DNA of 64,000 nt from Sedimentisphaerales bacterium (GCA_963663965.2 CAXXFK010000041.1:32001-96000); one strand, 5' to 3'; counted from the stretch's first letter, positions 27,038 through 37,970 are shown. Made by a program: numbers and translations. The notes: generated from the letters alone by a model not told the origin.

Positions 27038-29407
27038 TTACTGGATGCAATCGGGCAGGATGGAGCAATCGAGCCATTCGGCGGAGAAAATGGCGATATC
27101 GAGGATATTGACGATACAGTCATTGTTGAGGTCGAAGGTGGCTGCGGGGCGGATTGACTGGACGCAGGCGGACATGCCGGGTGCGTCCTGAACGTAGAGG
27201 CGTGCGACGTCCATTTCGCTCATGGAGTAGTTATAGATCCGGACGTTGTCCAGACTGCCATTCATCCATTCGCGCGGGTTGATGTCGAAGCCGTTACCGC
27301 CGAGACAGATGGGGGCGTCCGTGGCGTTTCCAAAGTGGAACGCGGCGCTGACCTTCTGTTCGCCGTTGATATAAAGAACGCCATTGGTTCCGTCGGTAGT
27401 GACGGTGACCTGCTGCCACTGGCCTTCAGTACCGCCGATCTGGGTGGCGAGGAGATTGTCGGGAGACTGCCACCAGAGTTCGGTGTTGTTGTCACCGGTA
27501 CAGATCTGCCAGTAGACGTTGGCGTCGCCCCAGTCGTTGCCGTTACGTTTGGCGATGAAGCTCTGCCAGGTGCCGTTGGCGCCGGTCCAGTTGAGCCAGA
27601 AGCTGACGGTGATCTGGCCGGAGAATTGGGATGGATTCCAGGATCCAACGTTGGCCCAGCTATCGGTGGTGGGGTATGGATCGGTGGAAACGCGGGCGAT
27701 ATTAACGCCTTCGCCAATCTGGCCGGAGACAAAGGCCGGGGCGCCGTTGGGATCGGCATGGTGGCCTTCGCCGGTGACGTCAAGATACTGGCCGTCGACA
27801 AAGTCAACCGCATCCATGGTCCAGTGAGCGACGATACGCCGGACGGCCAGAGGGGCGGTCGCGGAGGTAGCCGTGCCGCCGGAATTAGTGACAATACAAT
27901 AGTAGTAGCCTTCATCGGAGGTTTGAGCTTCAGTGAGGCTCAAGGTATTGACAAGTGACGGTTCGCTGATGGTTGTATCGTCATCCAGGGTATTGTTGGC
28001 GTTATCAGTGGACATAAACCATTGATAGTATGCGTCAGAGATACTGGAAACGGTGACGGAGAATTCGGCGGTGTCATCGGGAGCGACGATAACCCGCTGA
28101 GGTTGTTTGGTGATGATAGGAATGCTCTTGATGGTGTCAAATTGCCAGACCGGGCCGGTGATCGTGTTGGGATCGGTTGGGCCGGTGCCGTTGGTGCTTT
28201 GATCCACGCGCCAGTAATAGGTCTGGTCCATCAGCCGGGTGGTGGTGAAACTGGCCGTGGCGCCGATGGGGGAACTGACGGAGAGGGTTTCCATATCGGT
28301 TGAGGGCAGGTTGGGGTCCGTCGACAGATAGAGATAGTAGGCGGTGATTTCGGGATTTACCACGTTGAGGTTGTCGGGATCCATACCGGTGTTCCAGGCG
28401 ACGGTGACTTCCACATCACTGTTGCTGCCGGTCGAGGCGCCGACGTCGGTCTGGCCATCTGCCGGAGAAGGGTTCCAGGCGATGACACGTGGGGAATGGA
28501 GGAATTCGATCGGATCGAGGGCTTTGTTAGAGATACGGACTTCGTCAATATAGCCATAGGCGCGGTCGGTATGTCCGCCGGCGTAGAGACCACGTCCCAC
28601 TGACCAGCCGCCGGCATGCCAATCTCCACCATCTTCGGTACCGTTGGTTAAACGGGTATCGGGGCTGCCGCTCAGGGTGAGGTCGGTCTGGGCAACGAGT
28701 TGATAGCCGGTACCGGCGTCAACATCATCGAGATACAGAGAAAGGGTTTTGCCATCGCAGACGGCGGCCATGTTATACCAGTGACCAGTCAGGCCGTCCG
28801 GATCGTTGCCATAAATAAAGCCCTGGGTGATACCCGTAACGGAGGTGGCTTCATGCCAATAGCCTGAGACGTCTGCAAAGGCAATAGAAACATCGTCGTC
28901 CGGATTGATTTTGAAATACAGACAGGCCAGATCACCATTTGAAGTGCCCACATTGCGGCCGTCACGGCCTACGTAAGTACGGTGTCCGCCGTCTTCAGGT
29001 TTGAAAGAGGCTTCGATAGTCCATTCGAGAGGAGTCATGGCTTCAATGTCGATACCGGTGGGATTGCTGTAGGCTGAATAGGTAAAAGTTGCCGGCCAGC
29101 TACTATTGTTTTTAATGGAAAAGTTGTTGGTCGCGCCATTAAACGGCAAAGATGAGGTGGGGACATCGGTACGGTAGAGAAAACCCGCCCCCCCTTGATC
29201 CCAGACAGCCAGATGATTGCCATTTCCAGACACATCCGGAATGTCCAGGCTGTAATTGTAGCCGTTGACCCCTCCGGTTCGTTGAATCAGGGTGTTGGCC
29301 GGACCGGTTTCAAAGCGCCAGTAGGCGACGGTGGCAGCGTGGGCGCTGGTGATTGCCAGGGCCAGGGTACAGACGATCATCAGACAGCACAGTAAAGTTC
29401 TTCTCAT
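27038..29407 (-). CDS. Secreted protein: two LamG/ConA-like domains, Ig-like domain, dockerin-like tail
   Basis: Signal peptide; VAYWRFE...GYIDEVRIS; YYWRVD; ITKQPQ...DEGYYYCIVTN; GSLDNVRIYN; DLNNDCIVNILDIAIFSAEWL. Confidence 0.85.
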   Translation of the reverse strand: MRRTLLCCLMIVCTLALAITSAHAATVAYWRFETGPANTLIQRTGGVNGYNYSLDIPDVSGNGNHLAVWDQGGAGFLYRTDVPTSSLPFNGATNNFSIKNNSSWPATFTYSAYSNPTGIDIEAMTPLEWTIEASFKPEDGGHRTYVGRDGRNVGTSNGDLACLYFKINPDDDVSIAFADVSGYWHEATSVTGITQGFIYGNDPDGLTGHWYNMAAVCDGKTLSLYLDDVDAGTGYQLVAQTDLTLSGSPDTRLTNGTEDGGDWHAGGWSVGRGLYAGGHTDRAYGYIDEVRISNKALDPIEFLHSPRVIAWNPSPADGQTDVGASTGSNSDVEVTVAWNTGMDPDNLNVVNPEITAYYLYLSTDPNLPSTDMETLSVSSPIGATASFTTTRLMDQTYYWRVDQSTNGTGPTDPNTITGPVWQFDTIKSIPIITKQPQRVIVAPDDTAEFSVTVSSISDAYYQWFMSTDNANNTLDDDTTISEPSLVNTLSLTEAQTSDEGYYYCIVTNSGGTATSATAPLAVRRIVAHWTMDAVDFVDGQYLDVTGEGHHADPNGAPAFVSGQIGEGVNIARVSTDPYPTTDSWANVGSWNPSQFSGQITVSFWLNWTGANGTWQSFIAKRNGNDWGDANVYWQICTGDNNTELWWQSPDNLLATQIGGTEGQWQQVTVTTDGTNGVLYINGEQKVSAAFHFGNATDAPICLGGNGFDINPREWMNGSLDNVRIYNYSMSEMDVARLYVQDAPGMSACVQSIRPAATFDLNNDCIVNILDIAIFSAEWLDCSILPDCIQ

Positions 29408-29835
29408 TTTGGCACCTCATAAAAGAATTAGGGTTTAAAAGGTTGGTCCGATAACGCAAGTAATCGAATCGGTTATTTGCTTTACGTCATAAATTGGACC
29501 AAGGAAATACACTGATAAATAAACAGGGGTGAAATTGTAGTCCTTTTCTTCTGTTTAAATAATCCGGGAAAGATACGGCCCGGATTCTTCTGCTTTTCAA
29601 ATTATACTCCCCAGATAGACGGAATTCCTTAATAAAAATCCAGTCTGGAATTTTCTGGCTCTCTTTCAGTTGTTTATTATTTATAAAACAATACATAAAA
29701 TATTATTATCAGGTAAACAAGGATTCTCTTTCTGTAGCATTTTATCGGCTTGGATTGAAGGTGATTGAATCGAAATAATCAGCGAAAAAAGAGAAAAGAC
29801 GGCTGGAGGGCGGCCCAAGATGGCCGGTATAATGA

Positions 29836-29864
29836 TTGACAAGGCGCAATTGATAGGATATCAT
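29836..29864 (+). promoter_or_regulatory. Sigma70-type promoter upstream of icd
   Basis: TTGACA-17bp-TATCAT. Confidence 0.7.
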
Positions 29865-30030
29865 AGCTGATCTAGCCTGAATCTGGCAGAGTTATAAAGA
29901 AAGATATATAAGTTATGGTGTTGATAAGGCATAATTTATAATGTCAGATGGCAGGAGATTTTCTGATGATCTGAAAGCCGTAAACGGCAAGTTTAAATCC
30001 AGTATAAGACCTACTATGGAGGTATTTGAA

Positions 30031-31107
30031 TTGTATAATGTGACGATGATACGCGGAGATGGTATCGGACCTGAAATCGCGGAAGCAACGATGCGCTGTG
30101 TGGACGCGACGGGCGCCAAGATCAACTGGGATATCCAGGAAGCGGGCGTGGATGTGATGGAGACGGCCGGTACGCCGCTGCCGGAGGCGACGCTGCAATC
30201 GATCGAAAAAACTGACGCGGCGATCAAGGCTCCGATTACGACCCCGGTGGGGACGGGATTTCGCAGTATCAATGTGCATCTTCGTCAGCATTTTGATTTG
30301 TATTCCTGTTTGAGGCCATGTAAAAGCTATGAAGGGGTTCGGAGCAAATATGATGCCATCGATCTGGTACTTGTGCGCGAGAATACGGAAGACTGTTATG
30401 CCGGCATCGAATTTCAAAAAGGAGATGACGAAACGCTGGAACTGATCGGCTGGATCAACCAGCACAGCAAACGTCAGATCGGGCCGAACGCGGGCATTAC
30501 CATTAAGCCGATTTCGGTGGAAGGGACGGACCGGATTGTGCGTTTTGCGTTCGATTACGCGCGGGCCAACGGCCGCCAAAAGGTGACGAGCGTCCATAAG
30601 GCGAATATAATGAAGCATACGGACGGGTTGTTTCTGGAGGTGAGCCGTCAGGTGGCGAAGGATTATCCGGATATTGAATTTGAGGATCGGATTGTCGACA
30701 ATATGTGTATGCAACTGGTGCAGAAGCCTGAGTTGTATGATGTGATTGTATTGCCGAATTTGTATGGCGATATATTGAGTGATCTGTGCGCGGGCCTGGT
30801 TGGCGGTCTGGGAATGGCTCCGGGCGCCAATATTGGCAAGGATAAGGCGATCTTCGAGGCGACGCATGGCAGCGCGCCGAAATACAAGGGGCAGAACAAG
30901 GTGAATCCGACGGCTCTGATCCTGTCGGCGATGCTGATGCTGCGTCATCTGGAATTGCGTGAAGAAGCGGATCGCCTGGAAAACGCGGTGGCGGCGGTGA
31001 TCGCGGAAGGCAAGGATGTGACGTATGATATGAAGCTGGATCGTAACGATCCGACCGCTGTGGGTACGAGCCAGATGGCCGACGCGATAATCGCGAAGAT
31101 GAAATAG
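30031..31107 (+). CDS. icd: Isocitrate/isopropylmalate dehydrogenase family protein, probably NAD-dependent isocitrate dehydrogenase
   Basis: [55 protein letters not shown] start after GGAGG. Confidence 0.85.
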   Translation: MYNVTMIRGDGIGPEIAEATMRCVDATGAKINWDIQEAGVDVMETAGTPLPEATLQSIEKTDAAIKAPITTPVGTGFRSINVHLRQHFDLYSCLRPCKSYEGVRSKYDAIDLVLVRENTEDCYAGIEFQKGDDETLELIGWINQHSKRQIGPNAGITIKPISVEGTDRIVRFAFDYARANGRQKVTSVHKANIMKHTDGLFLEVSRQVAKDYPDIEFEDRIVDNMCMQLVQKPELYDVIVLPNLYGDILSDLCAGLVGGLGMAPGANIGKDKAIFEATHGSAPKYKGQNKVNPTALILSAMLMLRHLELREEADRLENAVAAVIAEGKDVTYDMKLDRNDPTAVGTSQMADAIIAKMK

Positions 31108-31149
31108 GCAACTGGAGTCGAACTGCCGCGGGGCAGGATAGATGGAATA

Positions 31150-31189
31150 AAACGCGGGGGAACGAGAATCTCCCGCGATTTTTTATTTT
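31150..31189 (+). terminator. Probable intrinsic terminator after icd
   Basis: CGCGGG...CCCGCG stem followed by a T-run. Confidence 0.5.
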
Positions 31190-31217
31190 GGGTTCGTCCC
31201 CAAAAAGCGGGCGTAGT

Positions 31218-32255
31218 ATGGCATCGATGCGTATCAGGCAAATCATGAGTGGCGAGGCAACCGGGTGGGGAGCGGATATGACCCGTATGCTGCTGGGGGG
31301 CGCGGCGGGATGGTATAGCCGGATCATCAGGGTACGTAATCGCAATTATGATGCGGGGAAGGGGGTGTTTCGATTGGAGGCGCCGGTGGTGAGTGTGGGG
31401 AATATTACTGCCGGAGGGACAGGAAAAACTCCGATGGTGATCTGGCTGGCGAAGGCGTTGCGGGCGATGGGGCGCAGGCCGGCGATTCTGTCGAGAGGGT
31501 ATGGCGATCAGCAGGGCTGGAATGATGAGAACCGGTTGTTGAAGACGCTGCTGCCTGATGTTCCGGTGGTGATTGACAGCGACCGGGTGGCTGGTGGGCA
31601 GCGGGCTATCGCCGAGGCTGGGGCGGATCTGTTGATTCTGGATGATGGTTTTCAACATCGGCGGCTGGGGCGGGATCTGGATATGGTATTGATTGACGCA
31701 ACCTGTCCGTTTGGATATGGTTATGTCTTGCCGCGAGGATTGTTGCGTGAGCCGGTTGAGAACCTGAGGCGGGCGGGGCTGATTGTTATTACCCGCAGTG
31801 ATATGATCGACGCGGATGAGCTTGAAAAGCTGGAAGAAAAAATTGCAGAAGTAGCGGGGCAGGCGGTTCCGATCCTTCATGCGGTCCATCAGCCGGTTGA
31901 TCTGGTGGGTGAGGCCGGTGAGAAGGCTTTGGGTGAACTGGCGGGAAAAAAGGTGCTGGCGTTTTGTACGATTGGAAATGCCGGGGCGTTTGCTCAGCAG
32001 ATCAGAGGATTGGGAGCAACGGTTATGTCGGTGAGTTTTGCCGATCATGGTGGTTATGATGAGATGAAACTGGAGCAATTGAAGAGCAGGGCTGAAGCGT
32101 TTCAGGCGGATTGGTGCGTGACTACGGAAAAGGACTGGATGAAACTTCGGGAGATGGAAAGCGCCAGACAATGGCGGGAATTATATCGAATGCGGATAAC
32201 ACTGGAAATTACAAGGGGATATGATATATTAGCCGATAAATTGAGAAGCTTATGA
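31218..32255 (+). CDS. lpxK: Tetraacyldisaccharide 4'-kinase
   Basis: VSVGNITAGGTGKTP, ILSRGYG, LDDGFQH, LPRGLLREP, TTEKD. Confidence 0.96.
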   Translation: MASMRIRQIMSGEATGWGADMTRMLLGGAAGWYSRIIRVRNRNYDAGKGVFRLEAPVVSVGNITAGGTGKTPMVIWLAKALRAMGRRPAILSRGYGDQQGWNDENRLLKTLLPDVPVVIDSDRVAGGQRAIAEAGADLLILDDGFQHRRLGRDLDMVLIDATCPFGYGYVLPRGLLREPVENLRRAGLIVITRSDMIDADELEKLEEKIAEVAGQAVPILHAVHQPVDLVGEAGEKALGELAGKKVLAFCTIGNAGAFAQQIRGLGATVMSVSFADHGGYDEMKLEQLKSRAEAFQADWCVTTEKDWMKLREMESARQWRELYRMRITLEITRGYDILADKLRSL

Positions 32256-33217
32256 GTCAAAGAAAAAAACAATATAACCCTGTTGATGCCAAGCTGTTAA
32301 AGACATTTCCGATGGAATGTCGCCAGCATAAGGTGGATGTTTCGGCGATGGCGGGCCTGCCGGGTCCTGATGCAAGTATAGGTGATTTTCTAGCCAGTTT
32401 TCCGAACTTTCTGGGAGTTAAGGAGTTACAGGGGTTGGCGGACGCGATAGTGCGTGCGTATGAGAAGGAGCGGCCAGTATTTTTCGCGATGGGTGCGCAT
32501 GTGATCAAGGTGGGGTGTTCGCCGATAGTGATCGATCTAATGGAACGGGGCATTCTGAGCGGATTCGCGATGAATGGCGCGGGTGGCATCCATGATTTCG
32601 AGGTGGCGCTCTATGGCCAAACCAGCGAAGATGTGGGGGCCAATCTGCACGATGGCCGGTTTGGGATGACCGTTGAGGCGCCGGCATTTATGGCGGAAGC
32701 GGCCCGGCGGGGTAGTGATGAGAGTCTGGGGCTGGGCGCCGCGCTGGGACAGATTATCGAGGAGAAGGAGATGCCTAACCGGAAATTGAGTTTGATGGGA
32801 TCGGCGTATCGACTGGGGAAACTGGCGGCGGTCCATGTGGCGGTGGGAACCGATACGGTGCATATGCATCCGCAGGCGAACGGTTGTGAGATTGGCGAGG
32901 CATCGATGATCGATTTTCGCAAGGTATGCAGCGCGGTAATGGATCTGGCCGGGGGCGGGGTCTGGGTGAATGTTGGATCGGCGGTGATTTTGCCGGAAGT
33001 GTTTTTGAAGGCGGTTTCGGTGGCTCGTAACCTGGGCGCGGATCTGGATGAGATGGTGACGGCAAATCTGGATATGCTGCGTCATTACCGGGTGCAGCAG
33101 AATGTATTATCGCGTCCGGTCCGGCCGGGAAAGAGTTATCAAGTGACCGGTCATCATGAGATCCTGCTGCCGATGTTGCGGATGATGATCTTGCAACGAC
33201 TGGAGAACGGTCAGTAA
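32252..33217 (+). CDS. Conserved hypothetical protein, deoxyhypusine-synthase-like fold
   Basis: MGAHVIKVG, NGAGGIHDFE, TSEDV, GTD..HMH, NVGSAVILPEVFLKA, GHHEILLP; translationally coupled to lpxK. Confidence 0.65.
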   Translation: MSQRKKQYNPVDAKLLKTFPMECRQHKVDVSAMAGLPGPDASIGDFLASFPNFLGVKELQGLADAIVRAYEKERPVFFAMGAHVIKVGCSPIVIDLMERGILSGFAMNGAGGIHDFEVALYGQTSEDVGANLHDGRFGMTVEAPAFMAEAARRGSDESLGLGAALGQIIEEKEMPNRKLSLMGSAYRLGKLAAVHVAVGTDTVHMHPQANGCEIGEASMIDFRKVCSAVMDLAGGGVWVNVGSAVILPEVFLKAVSVARNLGADLDEMVTANLDMLRHYRVQQNVLSRPVRPGKSYQVTGHHEILLPMLRMMILQRLENGQ

Positions 33218-33265
33218 ACGTTTCTGTCGATGATAGTTGTTGTGTTTAACCCATTGAGATAAACG

Positions 33266-34771
33266 ATGTATAAACGATTATTGGATATCATGGAAAACCT
33301 GGGCTCACCGCGCGTGTTGCTGGTGGGCGATTTTATGCTGGATAATTACCTGATCGGTAATGTCGACCGGATTTCACCGGAAGCGCCGGTCGTGGTTATG
33401 AATGTGAACGACCGCCAGGAACAGCCGGGCGGGGCCGGTTCGGTGGCGGTAGATCTGGCGATGCTGGACTCGAAGGTGGATTGTTTCGGCGTGGTGGGAG
33501 AAGATGTGGCGGGCGCCCGGTTGCGGACCATGCTGGCGGAAGATGCGGGTGTGAATGTGGAGGGCCTGATCGAAGTACTGGACCGGCCGACGACCAGTAA
33601 ACAACGAATCGTGGGTCTGGCGCAGCATCGTCACCGTCAGCAATTGATGCGCATCGATCAGGAAAGCGCGGCGGTGATCGATTCGGATACGCAGCAGAAA
33701 CTGCTGGATTTGATCGGCAAGCGGATTGCGGATTGTGATGTCGTGTGTCTGGAGGATTATAATAAGGGGGTATTGAAATCGGATGCGTTTGTGCAGTCGA
33801 TTATACGACTGGCGCGTGAACATGGCCGCAAGGTGATCGTCGATCCGGCGAATACCGGGCAGTATGAACGGTACCGGGGCGCCTGGCTGGTGAAGCCCAA
33901 CCGGCGTGAATTGGAGATGGCCAGCGGGCTGAACCTGGAAAACGAGAGCGGGATTAAAGAAGCGGCCGGCAAGCTGGCCGAAGCCTATGATATCGAGAAT
34001 TTTGTGGTTACGCTGGACAAGCGGGGCGCTTATCTGTATCAACGTCAGCTGGCTGACGGTCAACTGGTGCCAACCCGGCCGCGCAATGTGTATGATGTGA
34101 CAGGCGCGGGCGATATGGTGCTGGCGATGCTGGGATTTGTGGTGGGAGGTCAGGCAAGTTGCGCGGTTAAACCAACGCTGGCAGAATGTGTGGCGCTGGC
34201 TAATGTCGCCGGCGGTTTAGAGGTTGAGCGGTTTGGGTGTGTGGGTATCAGCCGGAGCGAGATTATCTCGGAACTGGGTCATGTGCGTTCGAGCAAATTG
34301 CGTTCGGTGGACGCGCTTCTCCAGGAATTGAAATGGCAGCGGATGCAGAACCGTAAAGTGGTCTTTACCAATGGCTGTTACGATCTGCTGCATCCGGGGC
34401 ATGTCAGCCTGTTGAATTTTGCCAAAGATCAGGGCGATCTGCTGGTGGTGGCCATCAACAGCGATCAATCGGTGCGTCAACTGAAGGGGGAGAGCCGTCC
34501 GATCTTGAATCAGCAGGACCGGGCCATCATGCTTTCGGCGCTGGAAATGGTCGATTATGTGATCATTTTCGACGAGCCGGATCCAGGCAATATGGTGCGT
34601 CTGATTACCCCGGATGTGCTGGTGAAGGGTATGGACTGGCATGGCAATGTGGTCGGTCAGGACTGGGTGGAACAGCATGGCGGCCGGGTAGCCTTAATGG
34701 GCCTGGTCGAAGGGCGCAGTACGACCGGTATCATTGAACGGATATTGAATGGGACTAACAGCGCCAATTAA
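33266..34771 (+). CDS. hldE: Bifunctional heptose 7-phosphate kinase / heptose 1-phosphate adenylyltransferase
   Basis: VGDFMLD, RISPEAP, DVTGAGD, FTNGCYDLLHPGH, NSDQSVRQLKG. Confidence 0.96.
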   Translation: MYKRLLDIMENLGSPRVLLVGDFMLDNYLIGNVDRISPEAPVVVMNVNDRQEQPGGAGSVAVDLAMLDSKVDCFGVVGEDVAGARLRTMLAEDAGVNVEGLIEVLDRPTTSKQRIVGLAQHRHRQQLMRIDQESAAVIDSDTQQKLLDLIGKRIADCDVVCLEDYNKGVLKSDAFVQSIIRLAREHGRKVIVDPANTGQYERYRGAWLVKPNRRELEMASGLNLENESGIKEAAGKLAEAYDIENFVVTLDKRGAYLYQRQLADGQLVPTRPRNVYDVTGAGDMVLAMLGFVVGGQASCAVKPTLAECVALANVAGGLEVERFGCVGISRSEIISELGHVRSSKLRSVDALLQELKWQRMQNRKVVFTNGCYDLLHPGHVSLLNFAKDQGDLLVVAINSDQSVRQLKGESRPILNQQDRAIMLSALEMVDYVIIFDEPDPGNMVRLITPDVLVKGMDWHGNVVGQDWVEQHGGRVALMGLVEGRSTTGIIERILNGTNSAN

Positions 34772-34777
34772 CAGGGA

Positions 34778-35980
34778 GTGAGAGCTATGACCCAGAAAGC
34801 AGTATTTCTCGATCGCGACGGCACCGTGATCAAACATTATGACTACCTGACGGAGGTCTGTCAGGTGGAGCTGGTGGAGACGGCGGTAACGGCGCTGAAG
34901 TATCTGAAGGAGCGCGGTTATCTGCTGATACTGGTCACGAATCAATCAGGAGTGGCCCGTGGTTATATTACGGAAGATCGACTCTCCCAGATACACGGAC
35001 AATTGAAGTCATTACTGGCCAAAAAAGGAGCCTATCTGGACGCGATCTATTATTGTCCGTATCATCCGGAGGCGCCGGTGGAGGCCTACCGTCAGAAAAG
35101 TGACTTGCGCAAGCCCTTGCCGGGTATGTTATTACAGGCGGCGGCGGAGCATGATATCGATCTGGCGCAGAGCTGGATCATCGGCGATGATGACCGGGAT
35201 ATCCTGGCCGGTAAGGCGGCGGGGTGCCGGACGATTTTGATCTTGGAGCGCGGGTCCAAACTGGTTAAACGGGGTGAGGCTGAACCGGATTATAAGGCGG
35301 GTAACTTGCAGGAGGCGGCCAATATTGTGGCGCATTACAGTGACAAACCGGTTAAAGCCAGAAAAAGTCCGGAAACGGATAAGCGGGAAATTTCAACGCC
35401 AGTTGAGCCGGAGAACCCCGTAGAGTCTGGAGTTGAAGAAGAGAGCGTGGATTATGAACCTGCTGTAGATGATGGTGTCGAGAGCCCGTTGTCAGATGAA
35501 GTTGGATTGACTACCGTGATGGAAGAGGCGTCTGAAGACATTGAAATCGAGGAGGCAGAAGAGCGCGAACCGGCGATAGAAGTCAAGGATGATTTGATGA
35601 CATTCAGGGCAACGGAACCTCAGGTTGAACAACACCAGCTTAAGGCGAATCCTATCAAACCGGGACCGGTTGAACCAGTCAAGCCTGTCTTACCAGAAAC
35701 GGAGGAATCCGTTGTTGATCGCTCCCCAACCACCGACGATCTGCTGCACCGGATCCTCCAGGAGTTGCGCGAATCCCGGCACGACCGGCGCGGTGGGGAA
35801 GATTTTTCGGCGTTTCGGCTGATCGGCATGATCATCCAGATGGTGGTGGTACTTTGTCTGGTAATGGCGTTTCGCGCCGGATCGGGCAGTGACCCGGATA
35901 TGACATCGGCCTATGTTTATCTAATGGCGGCCCTGGTGTTTCAAACCATGTCATTGACATTCCTGACGGGATTTAAATAA
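34778..35980 (+). CDS. gmhB: Heptose 1,7-bisphosphate phosphatase with acidic linker and C-terminal membrane anchor
   Basis: FLDRDGT, VTNQSG, YYCPYHP, RKPLPGM, IGDDDRD; then an E/P-rich stretch and two hydrophobic helices. Confidence 0.88.
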   Translation: MRAMTQKAVFLDRDGTVIKHYDYLTEVCQVELVETAVTALKYLKERGYLLILVTNQSGVARGYITEDRLSQIHGQLKSLLAKKGAYLDAIYYCPYHPEAPVEAYRQKSDLRKPLPGMLLQAAAEHDIDLAQSWIIGDDDRDILAGKAAGCRTILILERGSKLVKRGEAEPDYKAGNLQEAANIVAHYSDKPVKARKSPETDKREISTPVEPENPVESGVEEESVDYEPAVDDGVESPLSDEVGLTTVMEEASEDIEIEEAEEREPAIEVKDDLMTFRATEPQVEQHQLKANPIKPGPVEPVKPVLPETEESVVDRSPTTDDLLHRILQELRESRHDRRGGEDFSAFRLIGMIIQMVVVLCLVMAFRAGSGSDPDMTSAYVYLMAALVFQTMSLTFLTGFK

Positions 35981-35999
35981 GAGGCTGACGGCAATCCCG

Positions 36000-37970
36000 A
36001 TGACAGACAGGACACACGATAAGACGTTGCTGGCGATTCTGCCCAAACCGATGGGTGATGTTGTGTTATGTACGCCGGCATTGCGCTATCTGAAACAGGC
36101 TTTGCCCGGTTATCGTGTCGCCTGGATGGGCGGCCGGGTGGCAGGCGATTTACTGAGGGGATTGGAATGGGCAGAGGTGTTTTATGACCGGCAGGGTAAC
36201 GTTTATTGGAAGCGTGATGATTGGGAAGACAGGGCTTGCCGGGGCTTTGATGGGATTGTGATGTTTTCAAATTCGTTCCGGACGGCCTGGCAGGCCTGGC
36301 GAGTGGGGGGCAAAAAGCGAATCGGTTATCAACGGGATGGGCGAAGCTGCCTATTGACCGATGGGGTGGCCGTCCCCCGGATGGTGGGTGGGAATCTACC
36401 AGTCTCGATGATCGATTATTACGGGCATCTGGCAGAACGTACGGCGGGTGTGCTGGGGGGGGATGTTGATATCCCGCTGGATTCAAAGCTGGAACTGGCC
36501 GTGGGCCGGGAGGGTCAGGCTGAAATCGAGGCTCTAGAGCAGGGGTGGCAGCTTCAACCGGATGACAAACTGGCGGGACTGGTCGTGGGGGGCGCGTTTG
36601 GTCCGAGTAAGCTGTGGCCGGCTGAACGGTATGGTGAACTGGCCGACTGGCTGACGGAGGAGGGTTTTAAGCCAATTCTCATCGTAGCGCCGGATGAAGT
36701 GGGTATTGCACAAGAGGTCGTCAGGCAGGCCAAGAGTCGTCTTTACACCTTATCCGAATCTCCCGTGTCACTGCATGGCTTGAAGGCGTTGATCCAGCGC
36801 TGTCGATTGATGGCAGGAAACGATACCGGACCGGCTCATATCGCGGCGGCCTTTGGTGTGCCGATGGTTACTTTATTCGGCCCCACCGATCCACGCTGGA
36901 CCGCGACGGATTATACCGGTGAGGCGCGATTACGGGTGAATGTAGATTGCGGGCCGTGTCAGCAGAAACAATGCGTGACGGACCATCGCTGTTTATTGCA
37001 GCTCAGGGTGGCGGATGTGCAACAGGCGGTGCGAAAGGTTCTAACTGACAGTCACAAAATGCAATGGAATAGCGATCAGCCTGTTGACGAACGATTTTCA
37101 GTGTACCAGGAAAGGTATCGTTCATTGGCTGATGACCAGGGTGTGATTCATAAACAATTTTATCCCCGTCTGAAGCGAGAGGGCCTGGATCATCTTGAGG
37201 GTGTTTTTCGCTACCAGCAGGGTGAGGCGCTGACCAAGCCCGGGTTGGGTTATCGTGAGCGAATTCGCATTGAATTGAATACAGATAAGGCTGATCCGGT
37301 AGTCATCTATCTGAAACGGTTTGGTCGTCCGCCCTTAAAAGAACGGATTGGACGATATCTGACTCATAGAACCCCCCTGGCGATCGGGGCGTATGATTTT
37401 TCCATGGCCCAGCGTCTGGCCCGGATCGGTGTGGCCGTTCCCCGACCGATCGCATGGGGAGGGGACTATGATGGATGGGGTGAACGGCGCAGTTTTGCCA
37501 TGATAGAAGAACTGCCCCGGGGACAGGCATTGAGCCGATTATTGTCGGGAGAAGAACCTGACCGTCATGGATACCGGTTATTGGAAGATAAGCGGGAGTT
37601 GACGCGACAATTGGCAAGACTGGCTGCAGAGATGCATGGGGGTGGGTATTGCCATCGTGATTTGTATTTATGTCATGTTTTTCTTTGTAAAGACCGGCAG
37701 GATGAAGAGTTTCTGGCGTTGATCGATTTACAGCGGGTCTTTCAACCGCGGTATAATTTCTGGCGCTGGCGGGTGAAGGATCTATCGCAGTTGTGTTATT
37801 CAGCGCGTCAGTTCGCCAGCCGGACGGAGATGATGCGGTTCATGCACGATTACCTGGAGCGAAACCGCCTTGATCAGGAGGATAAAAAACTGGTGAGGGC
37901 GGTCTATGCCAAGGCGCGGCGAATCGAGAAGCGACAGTTACGTAAACAGAGGGAGCAGCAATCAAGATGA
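36000..37970 (+). CDS. GT9 heptosyltransferase (WaaF-like) fused to a WaaP/Kdo-type LPS kinase
   Basis: MGDVV, GPSKLWP, NDTGPAHIAAA, LFGPTDP; C-terminal YLKRF, HRDLYLCH, LIDLQR, KDLSQL. Confidence 0.85.
   Translation: MTDRTHDKTLLAILPKPMGDVVLCTPALRYLKQALPGYRVAWMGGRVAGDLLRGLEWAEVFYDRQGNVYWKRDDWEDRACRGFDGIVMFSNSFRTAWQAWRVGGKKRIGYQRDGRSCLLTDGVAVPRMVGGNLPVSMIDYYGHLAERTAGVLGGDVDIPLDSKLELAVGREGQAEIEALEQGWQLQPDDKLAGLVVGGAFGPSKLWPAERYGELADWLTEEGFKPILIVAPDEVGIAQEVVRQAKSRLYTLSESPVSLHGLKALIQRCRLMAGNDTGPAHIAAAFGVPMVTLFGPTDPRWTATDYTGEARLRVNVDCGPCQQKQCVTDHRCLLQLRVADVQQAVRKVLTDSHKMQWNSDQPVDERFSVYQERYRSLADDQGVIHKQFYPRLKREGLDHLEGVFRYQQGEALTKPGLGYRERIRIELNTDKADPVVIYLKRFGRPPLKERIGRYLTHRTPLAIGAYDFSMAQRLARIGVAVPRPIAWGGDYDGWGERRSFAMIEELPRGQALSRLLSGEEPDRHGYRLLEDKRELTRQLARLAAEMHGGGYCHRDLYLCHVFLCKDRQDEEFLALIDLQRVFQPRYNFWRWRVKDLSQLCYSARQFASRTEMMRFMHDYLERNRLDQEDKKLVRAVYAKARRIEKRQLRKQREQQSR

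Noticed and set aside
29913..34945. Long minus-strand ORFs (e.g. 29944-30948, 30945-32171)
   Set aside because: Antisense shadows of GC-rich icd, lpxK and hldE
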